64,000 nucleotides of DNA from Bdellovibrionota bacterium (GCA_044360075.1 JBIKLA010000005.1:84095-148094), one strand, 5' to 3'. Counted from the stretch's first letter, positions 31,082-41,095 are shown. The notes: generated from the sequence alone by a model not told the origin. Made by a program: numbers and translations.

Positions 31082-31636
31082 CTAATTTCCGGTCTGGTCG
31101 CCGCCCGGTGTGGGGATCGGCTTGGCCTTGATAGCGAGGATCAGGCCCTTGTTTTCGGCGCAGTCCATACCAGTGACGACGGAGTCATCTGTGTCGAAGT
31201 GAACGCGGGTGTTTAGGATCTCGCTGTTGTCGGCGTCACGCCAGTTGAGCCACAGGCCGACCCGTTTTTGGTCCATGTACATCGGCCGAAACACGAGCGT
31301 CTGGCCATTGGGAAGCTTCATCATCTCGCGCTTCTTAAGGGAATGCGTCTCGCTCTTTGACGAAAGGAGTAGGAATGAGCGGAAGGGAAGCTGGGAGAGC
31401 TTTGCTTCAATATCAGAGAGGTCAGCGGGGACCTTCGGCGCTTGCGCCTCTTCGCCCTCGCGAGGCTCAGGCTCTATGGGGTCAGAAGCTTGAATGGTGC
31501 GCACAGAGACGACCACTGACCCGGGCTCTTGTTCTACATCCTCGGCAAGCGCCGGCGAGGCTACAAGCGCGAATAGGAGGGAGGGAATGAGGGCAAGGAG
31601 GCGGTTGGGTGTGCGAGGAGGCGGGACATCGATCAT
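31082..31636 (-). CDS. secreted hypothetical protein, third gene of the ECF sigma operon
   Basis: Signal peptide LLALIPSLLFALVASPALA; co-directional and tightly spaced after the anti-sigma gene. Confidence 0.5.
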   Translation of the reverse strand: MIDVPPPRTPNRLLALIPSLLFALVASPALAEDVEQEPGSVVVSVRTIQASDPIEPEPREGEEAQAPKVPADLSDIEAKLSQLPFRSFLLLSSKSETHSLKKREMMKLPNGQTLVFRPMYMDQKRVGLWLNWRDADNSEILNTRVHFDTDDSVVTGMDCAENKGLILAIKAKPIPTPGGDQTGN

Positions 31637-31642
31637 AGCGTA

Positions 31643-32347
31643 CTATTTCGACAGCTCTTTCGGTTGCCCGTCAATACCAAGATGAGGTGTCTCGATTAGC
31701 GCCGGCGTTGCCTGAGCCGCGCCGATCGCACGGGGAGCCGGCTTGAAGGCGGCTCTGCGGCGCACCCAAATGGTGGCCGACTTGCCCGATGGGTTCTGAA
31801 TAAGCTTAAGGGAGCCGTTGTTGGAGCGCATCCAGTCTACTTCCATGGTGGACTGGGATCCGTTCGTGAACGAAGCTGGACGGGCATCAAGGCCGCCCAG
31901 GGCATTCTGTCGGAATCCCGGTGTAGGCGATGCGGAAAGCGGCTGCTTGCCCGTGCTGGGCTGAGAAACAACGATGAGGACGGCGGCAGCCACGGCAGCG
32001 CCGGACAACCCACCAAAAAATGCCTGGCGCGAGCGAATGTTGGGCAAAAAGCGCGAGGCTTCCGCGCTTTCCCGACGGTCTCCAAGATAGAACGCAGCGC
32101 GCTCTTCAGCCTCGATGCGGTTTTCAATGCGCGACCACAGGTCGGCCTTAATGACGCTCGCTTCCGAGGCGGCTCGCACGTCAGTTGCGATTTCGGAGAG
32201 ATTTTCGAGAAAAGCCTTGGCGAGGGGATTGGAAGCGATAAGACGCTCGGCACGGCGGCGGGTAAAGAAGCCACTCTCGCCGTCGAAGTATTGTGAGAGG
32301 AGAATCTCTTCGTGCTCGGTAAGCATCCGCGAATCTTCGTTTACCAT
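31643..32347 (-). CDS. anti-sigma factor (RseA-like, single TM)
   Basis: N-terminal anti-sigma helix EHEEILLSQYFDGE; a central TM (GLSGAAVAAAVLIVV); it lies immediately downstream of the ECF sigma gene. Confidence 0.65.
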   Translation of the reverse strand: MVNEDSRMLTEHEEILLSQYFDGESGFFTRRRAERLIASNPLAKAFLENLSEIATDVRAASEASVIKADLWSRIENRIEAEERAAFYLGDRRESAEASRFLPNIRSRQAFFGGLSGAAVAAAVLIVVSQPSTGKQPLSASPTPGFRQNALGGLDARPASFTNGSQSTMEVDWMRSNNGSLKLIQNPSGKSATIWVRRRAAFKPAPRAIGAAQATPALIETPHLGIDGQPKELSK

Positions 32348-32356
32348 AATGCGTCC

Positions 32357-33085
32357 TCAGCGAGCCTTCACTAACTCATCAGAGGAGGATGCTTCATCAT
32401 CCTCCCTTTCTGGCTGATCTTCTTCTAAAGCACCAGGGCCCGAAGGGCTAAATTCCTTTAGAGCCTTCTGCAGAGCCTTGCGCGCGTAAAAAAGTCGGCT
32501 CATCACGGTGCCACGAGGAATGCCGATCGCGTCGGCGATCTCCTGGTAGTCCAATCCTTCTACCTCTCGTAGCGTGATGACCGCCCGATGCTCCTCTGAA
32601 AGATCGCTCAACACGGCCTGCAGCCGGCTGCCAAGCTCCTTTCGAGCAATCGCATCGTAGGGGCCCTCCACATTCTGGAGGTGCTCCAGGCTGCTGGACT
32701 TGGTGGGACCCGAACTCTCGGGACCGAATCCAGAGCCTCCAGCATTGACGCCCCAGCTCTCCTTGAATTCAACGTGACTACCCCCACGGCGGGCTCCCCG
32801 ACGCTTCGCGTCGATGGCCATGTTGAAGGTGATGCGGTAAAGCCAGGTGTAGAAGGACGAGTCTCCCTTGAATTTCTTTAGGGATAAGAAGGCCTTAACG
32901 AAGCTCTCCTGAACGACATCCTCGGCTTCCGTACGGTTTTTCAGGATGTCTGCCGCAAGGGTGAGGAGGCGACCCTGATAGCGCTCTACGAGGGTGCGGT
33001 AGGCCTCGCGGTCACCCTTCTGGGTGTGCCGAACGAGCTCCTGGTCCGAAGGACCCTGTTCACTCCGCTTTGTTTCACCGCCCAT
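32357..33085 (-). CDS. ECF (sigma-24 / RpoE-type) RNA polymerase sigma factor with an acidic C-terminal tail
   Basis: Region 2 (YRTLVERYQGRLLTLA...VQESFVKAF) and region 4 (LREVEGLDYQEIADAIGIPRGTVMSRL). Confidence 0.85.
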   Translation of the reverse strand: MGGETKRSEQGPSDQELVRHTQKGDREAYRTLVERYQGRLLTLAADILKNRTEAEDVVQESFVKAFLSLKKFKGDSSFYTWLYRITFNMAIDAKRRGARRGGSHVEFKESWGVNAGGSGFGPESSGPTKSSSLEHLQNVEGPYDAIARKELGSRLQAVLSDLSEEHRAVITLREVEGLDYQEIADAIGIPRGTVMSRLFYARKALQKALKEFSPSGPGALEEDQPEREDDEASSSDELVKAR

Positions 33086-33759
33086 AGCTCTTTCTTATAA
33101 GGCCGAAGCCGCCGGCTTTCGACCTGGCGAGCTTATCCCATGGGGTTACCGTGTGGAAGGGTCATGCAAACCCGGAGGGAGCGCGGAGGCTGCCGGATAA
33201 AAAGCTGTGCGTAACGTGCTGGAAACGGCTCGATTAGGGGCGCTGAGTCGGTTTGGTCGATGGGGAGGTTCCCCCGCGCAGGCGCTAAGAAAACTAGTCC
33301 AGCGAGTGCCGGGGCGTTGGGACCTCTTTATTCCTGGCCCCGTTCTCCGCCGGAGGCCAGGTGGGAGAGAGGACTATCTCTCTCAAGTGTTCGATCATGG
33401 CGGGTGTTATGACGAAGCTCTCTCGCATGTATAAAAATGAGCGGGGTAGCGCGACTGAGTCAAAGTTCTCGGCCGGCTTCTTTTCGATGTGGGAGGAGTG
33501 ATTGGGTTCCATATGAAAGTAGCAGCCCGGCGCCCATGGAGCTTCGGTTCGCGGGGGCTTAAGCGCTAAGAGTATCGCTTCTGCGCCGTGGGGCCTATGC
33601 GTTGCGCTATACGACCGTGCGTAAGCCCGGTGATCGCCGAGCTCAAGCAGCGGTCTTTATGTCACCATGCTGGTTAATGAAAGAGCATGGCTCGCTGACG
33701 CGCTTGATGTCGCGCACCCTTTGAATCGGCCTCTAGGGCAAGCCAGCTTACCCGCAGCC

Positions 33760-35115
33760 TCAGGGCTTCCGGCGAGGTGTGTTGCTTTCCAGCTCAGCCC
33801 GGAGTGGGGCAAGCATGCGCGACAGGGAGCTGCCGCCCGGAAGACCGCGCGAGCCTGCTCGCGCAGCGTACTCGACGTTGAGCCAGGTGATGCCGGACAG
33901 ACCGCTGAGATCCTCCTGGGAGAGGTTGGTCGGCAGGCGTCCATGCGTGCGGTGATACTCCCGGGCGGCAGCATGAATTATCTCTTCGGTGAGCTGCACG
34001 CCGGTGGGCGCAAGCTCTTTTCGCAGGGGAGCCAAAAGCTTGGCCAGAGTTGTTCCTCCGGGAAGGCCTCGCAGGCCACGGGAGAGCGCGTGATTGAGGA
34101 TGCACCAGGTATCGCGCGGCAACCCAGGGGGCCGCTGCGAAGAGTCCCCGGACTTCGGCAGCCGGCCATTCAGGCGGTGGAATTCCTGGGCTGCCTCAAC
34201 TATACCGGCTTCGGAAAGAGGGGGATTCATTCCAAGCTCCGCCCGAAGGGGGGCCAAAATCTTCGACACGGTGCGCCCCTGCAAGAGACCTCGCGAGCCG
34301 TTCTGGCCGGCGAAATTAATGCCCGGCCATGTCTCGTTCGGCAGAGAAGGAATCGGCTCTCGGCTGTGATGCGTCGGCAGTCGCCCATGCAGTCGGAAAA
34401 AGTCGCGCGCAGCCGCGCGCACTGAGTCCTCGTTCAGGAGCGGCTTTCGGAGGGTGCCGGGCGGAACGCCCTGTGCAGGAGCGTTGTGCTGCTTTCGAAG
34501 CGGCCGCATAAACTCAGAGATGCCCTGTGCAGACGAGTTGAGGCAGCGACCCGAACTCATCGCGTGGGCTATGGTCCTCCATGTCTCGCTTGGCAGCCCC
34601 GAAACGGTGCCCTGTGATCCCGCAGAGGGAAACCGACCAGTATGCCGGAAATACTCGAGCGCGGCGCTCCGCAGCTCCTCCTCTGTGATAATGCGAAGGG
34701 GAGCCAGGATCGCTGAGAGGCTGCTTCGGGGAAGGCCGCGCAGGCCATAGAAGGCTGCGTTGTTGATTGAATGCCATGTGCAGCCGGGAATGCTGGGCGC
34801 CGGCTCTCGCGAAGCGCTTGAGGGGAGCGAGCCCGTTTGGCAGAGGTGCTTGAGCGCCGCGAGTTGGATCTCCTCAACTGTGAGCCTGGGTATGGCCCTC
34901 TTGCAATCCTCATCCGGCAGTGCAGCTTCGGGGGGTTGAGAGAGCTGGCGCTCAAGCAGCTCCGCAAGCTTCGCGAGCTGCCGCGCAGAGAGCTTTGTCG
35001 TATTGAGCGACTCGAGCGCGGCTGCAACGGCTGCAGCGAGAGCATCGCCCGATGGAGAGGGCAGCATGAATGCGCGAGTGCCGCTGCTAGGCTGAGGCGA
35101 GTTATGATGGCTCAT
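33760..35115 (-). CDS. tandem-repeat protein (5 x ~72 aa; helicase-associated HA-domain-like repeats)
   Basis: Repeats of L(T/S)EE.I..AA.E(Y/F).R.HGRLP...S......GLP.(E/D)TW..IN.A...G.RGLPGG.SL...LAPLR.EL. Confidence 0.55.
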   Translation of the reverse strand: MSHHNSPQPSSGTRAFMLPSPSGDALAAAVAAALESLNTTKLSARQLAKLAELLERQLSQPPEAALPDEDCKRAIPRLTVEEIQLAALKHLCQTGSLPSSASREPAPSIPGCTWHSINNAAFYGLRGLPRSSLSAILAPLRIITEEELRSAALEYFRHTGRFPSAGSQGTVSGLPSETWRTIAHAMSSGRCLNSSAQGISEFMRPLRKQHNAPAQGVPPGTLRKPLLNEDSVRAAARDFFRLHGRLPTHHSREPIPSLPNETWPGINFAGQNGSRGLLQGRTVSKILAPLRAELGMNPPLSEAGIVEAAQEFHRLNGRLPKSGDSSQRPPGLPRDTWCILNHALSRGLRGLPGGTTLAKLLAPLRKELAPTGVQLTEEIIHAAAREYHRTHGRLPTNLSQEDLSGLSGITWLNVEYAARAGSRGLPGGSSLSRMLAPLRAELESNTPRRKP

Positions 35116-35545
35116 TCAATCACCCCCTCCCTCTACTCTTCGCGCCTCTTAGCGTGACTCATCGATTACCGGAGAAACGATCGAACGAACGGCTCAACGG
35201 CAGCAGGCGAATCGTCAAGCGCGGGCGGCTCGCTGCTGGGGTCCTCGTGCACGATCTGAAGAATCTCTCGGCTGAGCTTGCCCTTTTCGTCGCCAGTTAA
35301 TTGATCGCCGCTGAGGAGCTCCCTAAAGCACTCAAGAAGCCATGCCTGCTCGCCCTCGATGAGCGAATCATTCGCCATACGATCTCTCCGCCGGATAACG
35401 CACGTGTGGGCGTTTCCCAAGGACCAAATAGTAGCGGCCCATTATGGCTTGTCAAACAACAGTGGGCATAGGTGGTATCTGGCGGTCTTCAGTTGTAGGA
35501 ATCGGTATGATTCGTTAACCCGAGAGGCCAAAACGTGAGTGACCG

Positions 35546-38284
35546 TTAAGACTGCGCTTCCTGCCACGAGAAGCCCGAGCCGACTTCGACCTTAAGCGGA
35601 ACCTTGAGTGACATGACCCCTTCCATAGCCTGCTGCACAGCCGCGATGAGCTCGCGGTTTTTGGCCTCGCCGTGATCGGGCGCCTCGATCAGAAGCTCGT
35701 CGTGGATCTGGAGGATAAGTTTCGCCCCAGGGAATCTGTCAGTGAGGACTTTCTCGACCTCGATCATCGCAAGCTTGATGATATCCGCAGCGGAGCCCTG
35801 GAGCGGTGCGTTGATGGCCGCGCGCATCGCAAAGCCCTGGTCGCGACCGCTTGTGTCGATCGAGCTGATGACGCGCTTGCGCCCGAAGATCGTCTGAACC
35901 TCGCCATGCGAGAGGGCGGCATCCTCAAGCTTGGCGAAGTACTCCTTCACGCGCGGGTAGCGGCTGAAGTAGTTCTGGATGTAGGAGCTCGCCTGGTGCA
36001 CTGGGATGCCGAGCTCCTTGCCGAGCCGAAATGCTCCCATGCCGTACACAATGCCGAAGTTGATGGTCTTGCCGACGCGGCGGTCTTGGTCTGAGACCTC
36101 CTCTGAGGCAGTGAGCCCCATGATCTCACGCGCGGTGCTTGCGTGAATGTCGGTGCCCTCGGTGAAGGCGCGGATGAGGTTCTCGTCACCGCTGAGATGC
36201 GCGAGGAGCCGCAGCTCGATCTGAGAGTAGTCAGCCGCGACGAAGAAGCTGCCTTTCTCAGGGACGAAGGCAGACCGAATCCGGCGGCCCTCTGGGCTCT
36301 GGACCGGGATGTTCTGCAGGTTTGGGTCGGAGCTCGAAAGTCGCCCCGTGCTCGTGATGGTCTGGTTGAGCCTCGTGTGCACGCGGCCCGTTTTGGGACA
36401 GATGTCCTCCGCGAGCGCGTCGGTGTAGGTTGACTTAAGCTTGTGGAGGCTGCGGTACTCAAGGATGCGGGCTGGTAACTCGTGTGACTCAGCGAGCTTC
36501 TCCAGCACGGAGGAGTCGGTTGAGAAGCCCGTCTTGGTTTTTTTCACGCCCTTGGTCGAGATGCCGAGCTTGTTGAACAGGATGTCGGCAAGCTGCTTGG
36601 TTGAGTTGATGTTGAACTCGCTGTCAGCAAGCTCGTAGATACGCTTCTCAAGGTGCTTAAGCTGCTGCTCGAACTCAGCCGACATCTGGACGAGCATCGC
36701 CTTGTCGACCTTGACGCCGCGAACCTCCATCTTAGCGAGGACCGGGATGAGCGGCACCTCAAGCTCGTTGAGCACCTTGGTTAGGCCAGACTCGTCGATT
36801 AGGGAAAGGAGCTTGCCCTTGAGGAGCCAGGCGTAGTGCGCATCCTGGCAGGCATAGCGGGTCGCTGCGGCGATCGAGACGCCCGAGAAGTCGGCAACTC
36901 CCTCTGTCACCTCGTCGTACTCGATGACGGGGAGGTGCAGGAACTCTTCGGCGAGGGCCGTAAGGTTAAAGCTTCGGCTATCGGGATTGAGCAGATAGGC
37001 AGCGACCATCGAGTCGAATGAAACGCCCTGCACCTCGATGCCGTGGATGGCGAGCACGCCACTATCGTACTTTATGTTTTGCCCGCACTTTGCGATTGCC
37101 CGGTTGCCGAAGATCTTCGACGTGCCCTCGAAAAAATCCTGCCATGAGACCTGGCCTGGCTGGTCGGCATGGCCGAGCGGCACGTACCACGCACCACTAT
37201 CGCTCCACGAGAACGACACCCCGACGATCTTGGCCTCGTGCAACGCAAGCGAGGTCGTCTCAAGGTCAAAGGAGAACTCCTTCTGTGCGCCAAGCTCTTT
37301 GAGCCATTCCGCGAAGTCGCCGGCAAGCACCGTCTTGTACTCAAAGCCAAGCTCCGCTTCGCTCTTGCGCGGCGCCCTAAGGATCTTCTGGAAGTCCCTA
37401 AAGAGCGATTGAAACTCAAACTTCTCAAAGAGCTCGCGCAGGTGATCGGCATCGAGGTCGCGCTTGGTAAGGAGCTCCTCGATATCAGCGTTTCCGTTCT
37501 CGATGGCTTCAAGCGGGACGTTGGCGTCCACCTCAACGAGCTTGCGCGAGAGGCGCAGGAGCTCAAGGTTGGCTTCGATCGACTCGGCGATCTTCTTGCG
37601 GTTCCTTATCTCGGCGTCATTTTTGATGTCTTCGAGGTGGGCTATGACGCTCTCGACCGTGCCGTATTTCTGGATGAGCTGCGTTGCAGTTTTGGGTCCG
37701 ATTCCCTCAACGCCTGGGATGTTATCGGAGGAGTCACCCGTGAGCGCGAGCACCTCTGTGACCCGGTCTGGCCCGACACCGAACTTCTCGACGACGCCGT
37801 CAGCGCCGAAGTGCTTGTCCTTCATCGTGTCCCAGATCTGAACGTGATCAGACACGAGCTGCATGAGGTCCTTGTCGCCGCTGACGATGACGACGTCCTT
37901 CTTGCGCTCGACGAGCCTCTTGGTGAGCGTTGCGATGATATCGTCTGCCTCGTAGCCAGGGCACTCAAGGACGGGCAGTCCAAGCGCCTTCGACAGTTCC
38001 CGGAAGTAGGGCATCTGCTCGACGAGCTCGGGTGGGCACTCGGTGCGGTTGGCCTTGTACTCAGCGTAGAGATCATTGCGGAAGGTCTTCCTTCCCGCGT
38101 CGAAGATGATGGCCACCTTGCTTGAGTTCGCCTCGGCGATCGTCTTTTGGATCATCTTTAGGAACCCAAAGAGGGCGTTGGTTGGGAACCCGCTCTTGGT
38201 CGTAAGTCGCTGGATAGCGTAGAAGGCTCGAAAAATGTAGCCCGATCCGTCGATGAGGTAGGTGTGTTCCGAAGGGTTTGTCAT
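35546..38284 (-). CDS. polA: DNA polymerase I
   Basis: 912 aa; 5'-3' exonuclease N-terminus (YLIDGSGYIFRAFYA), 3'-5' exonuclease and Pol A motifs (DYSQIELR, QIHDELL). Confidence 0.95.
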   Translation of the reverse strand: MTNPSEHTYLIDGSGYIFRAFYAIQRLTTKSGFPTNALFGFLKMIQKTIAEANSSKVAIIFDAGRKTFRNDLYAEYKANRTECPPELVEQMPYFRELSKALGLPVLECPGYEADDIIATLTKRLVERKKDVVIVSGDKDLMQLVSDHVQIWDTMKDKHFGADGVVEKFGVGPDRVTEVLALTGDSSDNIPGVEGIGPKTATQLIQKYGTVESVIAHLEDIKNDAEIRNRKKIAESIEANLELLRLSRKLVEVDANVPLEAIENGNADIEELLTKRDLDADHLRELFEKFEFQSLFRDFQKILRAPRKSEAELGFEYKTVLAGDFAEWLKELGAQKEFSFDLETTSLALHEAKIVGVSFSWSDSGAWYVPLGHADQPGQVSWQDFFEGTSKIFGNRAIAKCGQNIKYDSGVLAIHGIEVQGVSFDSMVAAYLLNPDSRSFNLTALAEEFLHLPVIEYDEVTEGVADFSGVSIAAATRYACQDAHYAWLLKGKLLSLIDESGLTKVLNELEVPLIPVLAKMEVRGVKVDKAMLVQMSAEFEQQLKHLEKRIYELADSEFNINSTKQLADILFNKLGISTKGVKKTKTGFSTDSSVLEKLAESHELPARILEYRSLHKLKSTYTDALAEDICPKTGRVHTRLNQTITSTGRLSSSDPNLQNIPVQSPEGRRIRSAFVPEKGSFFVAADYSQIELRLLAHLSGDENLIRAFTEGTDIHASTAREIMGLTASEEVSDQDRRVGKTINFGIVYGMGAFRLGKELGIPVHQASSYIQNYFSRYPRVKEYFAKLEDAALSHGEVQTIFGRKRVISSIDTSGRDQGFAMRAAINAPLQGSAADIIKLAMIEVEKVLTDRFPGAKLILQIHDELLIEAPDHGEAKNRELIAAVQQAMEGVMSLKVPLKVEVGSGFSWQEAQS

Positions 38285-38452
38285 GACGGGAGGTTACGAG
38301 GGGTTTCGGGCCCCGTCAACTGCGCCGGAGGGGCCCCAAATGGCACTCGTTACAGATTTGTTATGCCCTCGTAATTTCGCTGGGACCAGGGGGCGCCACA
38401 TCCCTTTTCGACAATTGTGATTCATCGATTTTTTGTTGTGGAGGTTATTGTG

Positions 38453-39028
38453 ATGAACAAGGTTAGTACGGCAATGAAAACAGTTATGGCTCTTATGGCG
38501 GCTTTCGCCATCGGCGCGCAGAAGGCGGCCGCAGAGGAGTTCACGGCAGTGGTGGACATCGTTCTTGGGGTTGGCACGGTTATGGGTAACTCCGGCGCGA
38601 TGCCCACCAAGAAGGATTCGATCGGCCTGATTCTCAATGTGAAGGGCAAGTCCTACCAGCAGAATAAGAAGAATGGCAAGCCGGTCGAGTTTGGTGACAT
38701 CAACCAGCTCAGCATCGTGATGCCAGAGAAGGTGGGCGAGCGCACCAACGCGCAAGACATCTGCCTTCGCCGCGCAGAGGCTCTTATGGCGAAGGAGAAC
38801 CGCAAGGCTCGCCTTGAGGTGCTGTTTGAAGGGCAGCGAGTGGCGCACGCGCACTACCGAATCGACAAGGTCCTAGGCTGTTCTGACCTGAGAGTAAACG
38901 TCGATGCCTACAAGGCAACGCCGACACCTCGACCGACGGTCACGCCGCGCGCCAAGGTAACGCCGCGCGCAACGGCGACACCAGTTGTGATTGTCACGGT
39001 GCGTCCAACGGCTACTCCGACTCGCTAA
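38453..39028 (+). CDS. secreted protein with a C-terminal Thr/Pro-rich repeat tail; gene GC lower than the surroundings
   Basis: GGAGG 8 nt before the ATG; signal peptide MKTVMALMAAFAIGAQKAAA; TPTPRPTVTPRAKVTPRATATP repeats. Confidence 0.5.
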   Translation: MNKVSTAMKTVMALMAAFAIGAQKAAAEEFTAVVDIVLGVGTVMGNSGAMPTKKDSIGLILNVKGKSYQQNKKNGKPVEFGDINQLSIVMPEKVGERTNAQDICLRRAEALMAKENRKARLEVLFEGQRVAHAHYRIDKVLGCSDLRVNVDAYKATPTPRPTVTPRAKVTPRATATPVVIVTVRPTATPTR

Positions 39029-39134
39029 TGCACGTCGGATAGGCGAAGAAGCCTAAAAACGAGCGGCCCACGCCAGGAGCAATCCCGGCGTGGGCCGTTT
39101 CCATTGAGGCGTTCGCGCTGGCTTTTGGCGCGCG

Positions 39135-39443
39135 CTATGCGATGTACGAGAGGTTGAGACCGAGCCTCTGGTTAAGCGCCTTGCGCAGGCGGTTTTGCAC
39201 ATCCACCGAGATGGGCTGCTCGGGCTCCCTGAGCTCTGCAGCGCTATCAATGACGTGGTTGTATGAGGCGAGAAACGCGGCGCACTCTGGGCAGTCGTTT
39301 AGGTGATCCTCAACCGCGAGCCGCTCGGCACGCACCAGCTCACCGTCAGCGTAATCTCCGAATCGAGCGACGACATCCCCACAATCGTGGAACTCAATCT
39401 TGTCCGTATTTGCGCCTGAGTTGAAGTTGTTGCTGTTGTCCAT
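39135..39443 (-). CDS. zf-HC2-type putative anti-sigma factor (soluble, RsrA/ChrR-like)
   Basis: Motif HDCGDV...HLNDCPECAAFL (H-x3-C ... C-x2-C). Confidence 0.45.
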   Translation of the reverse strand: MDNSNNFNSGANTDKIEFHDCGDVVARFGDYADGELVRAERLAVEDHLNDCPECAAFLASYNHVIDSAAELREPEQPISVDVQNRLRKALNQRLGLNLSYIA

Positions 39444-39688
39444 TGTGAAGGTCCTTCCGAAAAGTGTTGGTTCGCACCCTGACTTGCTACCCCTAGTTTT
39501 CAAACCTTTACTAACCGGACCAGGAAAAAGTGCGCCTGGCGAACCCTACTTGTCGAAACCTCATACCGGGGGGTGCCCGTAACTCGACTTCCTTCTTTTG
39601 ATTCCCCTGGCGGGAAGAAGGGTGCAAATTTGTTACAAATTCTAGGAAATTCTTTTACAATGATGCAGGTCGTTGATTTTATTGCTTT

Positions 39689-40378
39689 TTAAGCAACAAA
39701 CTTGTAGCCGACACCGTGCACGGTAAGGATGTGCTGGGGCTCGTCGATATTGGCCTCTATCTTCTGCCTCAGGCGGGCTATGTGGTTATCAACGGTCCGA
39801 GTGGTGGGATAGGAGTTGTAGCCCCACACCTCATCCAGGAGCTCATCTCGGGTCACCACGTTGCCCTGTTTAACGACCAGGTAGCGAAGTAAGCGGTACT
39901 CTCGAGCTGAGAGGTCTATCGGCTGTTGGTTTTTAACGGCTCGGTAGGCCTTAAAGTCCACCACCACGTCCGAGAAGCGGATTTCGTCGACCGAGGTAAC
40001 CCGCTGAACTCGCCGGAGAAGTGCCTTCACACGGGCGAGCAGTTCAAGCATTCCAAAGGGTTTCGCCAGATAGTCGTCGGCGCCCAGGTCGAGACCGAGT
40101 ACCTTGTCGACTTCACTTGAGCGGGCTGTTAGCAGGATGAGGGGAGTAGAGATGCCAGCGGTTCGAAGCTCCCTGCAGGTCTGCAGGCCGTCTTTGCGGG
40201 GCATCATCACATCCATGATGATGATGTCAGGCTTGCGGTCGTTAACGAGCTTGATTCCTTCTTCGCCGTCTGCGGCGGTAACAACCTCGAACCCTTCAAG
40301 TTCTAGGTTCATGGTGACGCTTTTGCGGATGATATCCTCGTCCTCTATGACTGCGACAACAAACCCGTCTCCGCGCAT
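39689..40378 (-). CDS. OmpR/PhoB-family response regulator (orphan)
   Basis: Receiver domain (IIIMDVMMPRKDG) and winged-helix C-terminus (LTAREYRLLRYL...VWG). Confidence 0.85.
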   Translation of the reverse strand: MRGDGFVVAVIEDEDIIRKSVTMNLELEGFEVVTAADGEEGIKLVNDRKPDIIIMDVMMPRKDGLQTCRELRTAGISTPLILLTARSSEVDKVLGLDLGADDYLAKPFGMLELLARVKALLRRVQRVTSVDEIRFSDVVVDFKAYRAVKNQQPIDLSAREYRLLRYLVVKQGNVVTRDELLDEVWGYNSYPTTRTVDNHIARLRQKIEANIDEPQHILTVHGVGYKFVA

Positions 40379-40699
40379 CGTCCCGTCCCTGGAATCCTTC
40401 GATAGAATAGTGAGAGTATAGCAAGGTTTACGGCTCTGATCATATAGCCCATCTCCTTGCTTTTCGCGGCTCAGATCTGTATCTTTACCGCTCTGACGTT
40501 CTGACTCTAATACTTTCAGGCAGTTGGTGCTAGCCGGAGAGTTTCATCCGTTCTTTCGGAAGGCGGTCAGCAGAAGCAAACAAAGTGACTCACGGTTTGG
40601 AAGGTACCTTGTGCCGACCGAATCGGCAAAGGGCAGAGTCAGCAAAGTGAGATCGAGTGGCGACGGGTTGTAGGTCGTTGCGAGAAGGATAAAGAAGTT

Positions 40700-41095
40700 A
40701 TGGCAGAGAAGCAGGCAGTTAAGGCTAAAGCAAAGAAGGCTGAGAAGGCTCCGAAGTCTATTGAGCCGCAAGTCTTCGCAATCGTTCGCACGTGCGGGAA
40801 GCAGTACTGCGTCACCGCTGGCACAAAGATCTCTATCGATACCCAAGAGGGCAATCCAGGTGACGCTATCACCTTTTCGGATGTCCTGATGGTCGGCACA
40901 ACCGGCGGCAGCGACGTCAAGATCCTCGCAAAGGGCGAGAAGTCTCTTGGCGTAACGGTAATGGGCCGCCTTGTCCGTCAAACGAAGGACAAGAAGGTCA
41001 TAATCTTTAAGAAGCGCCTCAAGGGCGGTTACACGAAGAAGCAGGGTCACCGCCAGGCAAAGACCGAGGTTGTGATCGAGAGCGTGTCACTCTAA
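40700..41095 (+). CDS. rplU: 50S ribosomal protein L21 with an N-terminal Lys/Ala-rich extension
   Basis: L21 core FAIVRTCGKQYCV...GEKSLGVTVMGRLV...KKRLKGGYTKKQGHRQ. Confidence 0.85.
   Translation: MAEKQAVKAKAKKAEKAPKSIEPQVFAIVRTCGKQYCVTAGTKISIDTQEGNPGDAITFSDVLMVGTTGGSDVKILAKGEKSLGVTVMGRLVRQTKDKKVIIFKKRLKGGYTKKQGHRQAKTEVVIESVSL

Noticed and set aside
33667-34425. 252-aa + strand ORF and several overlapping ORFs 33794-35157
   Set aside because: They are antisense to or overlap the tandem-repeat protein gene. The repeat periodicity is coherent only in the minus-strand frame.
37169-38125. 318-aa + strand ORF
   Set aside because: It lies entirely antisense within polA.
40544-41050. 168-aa minus-strand ORF
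   Set aside because: It overlaps rplU on the opposite strand and has no supporting motifs.
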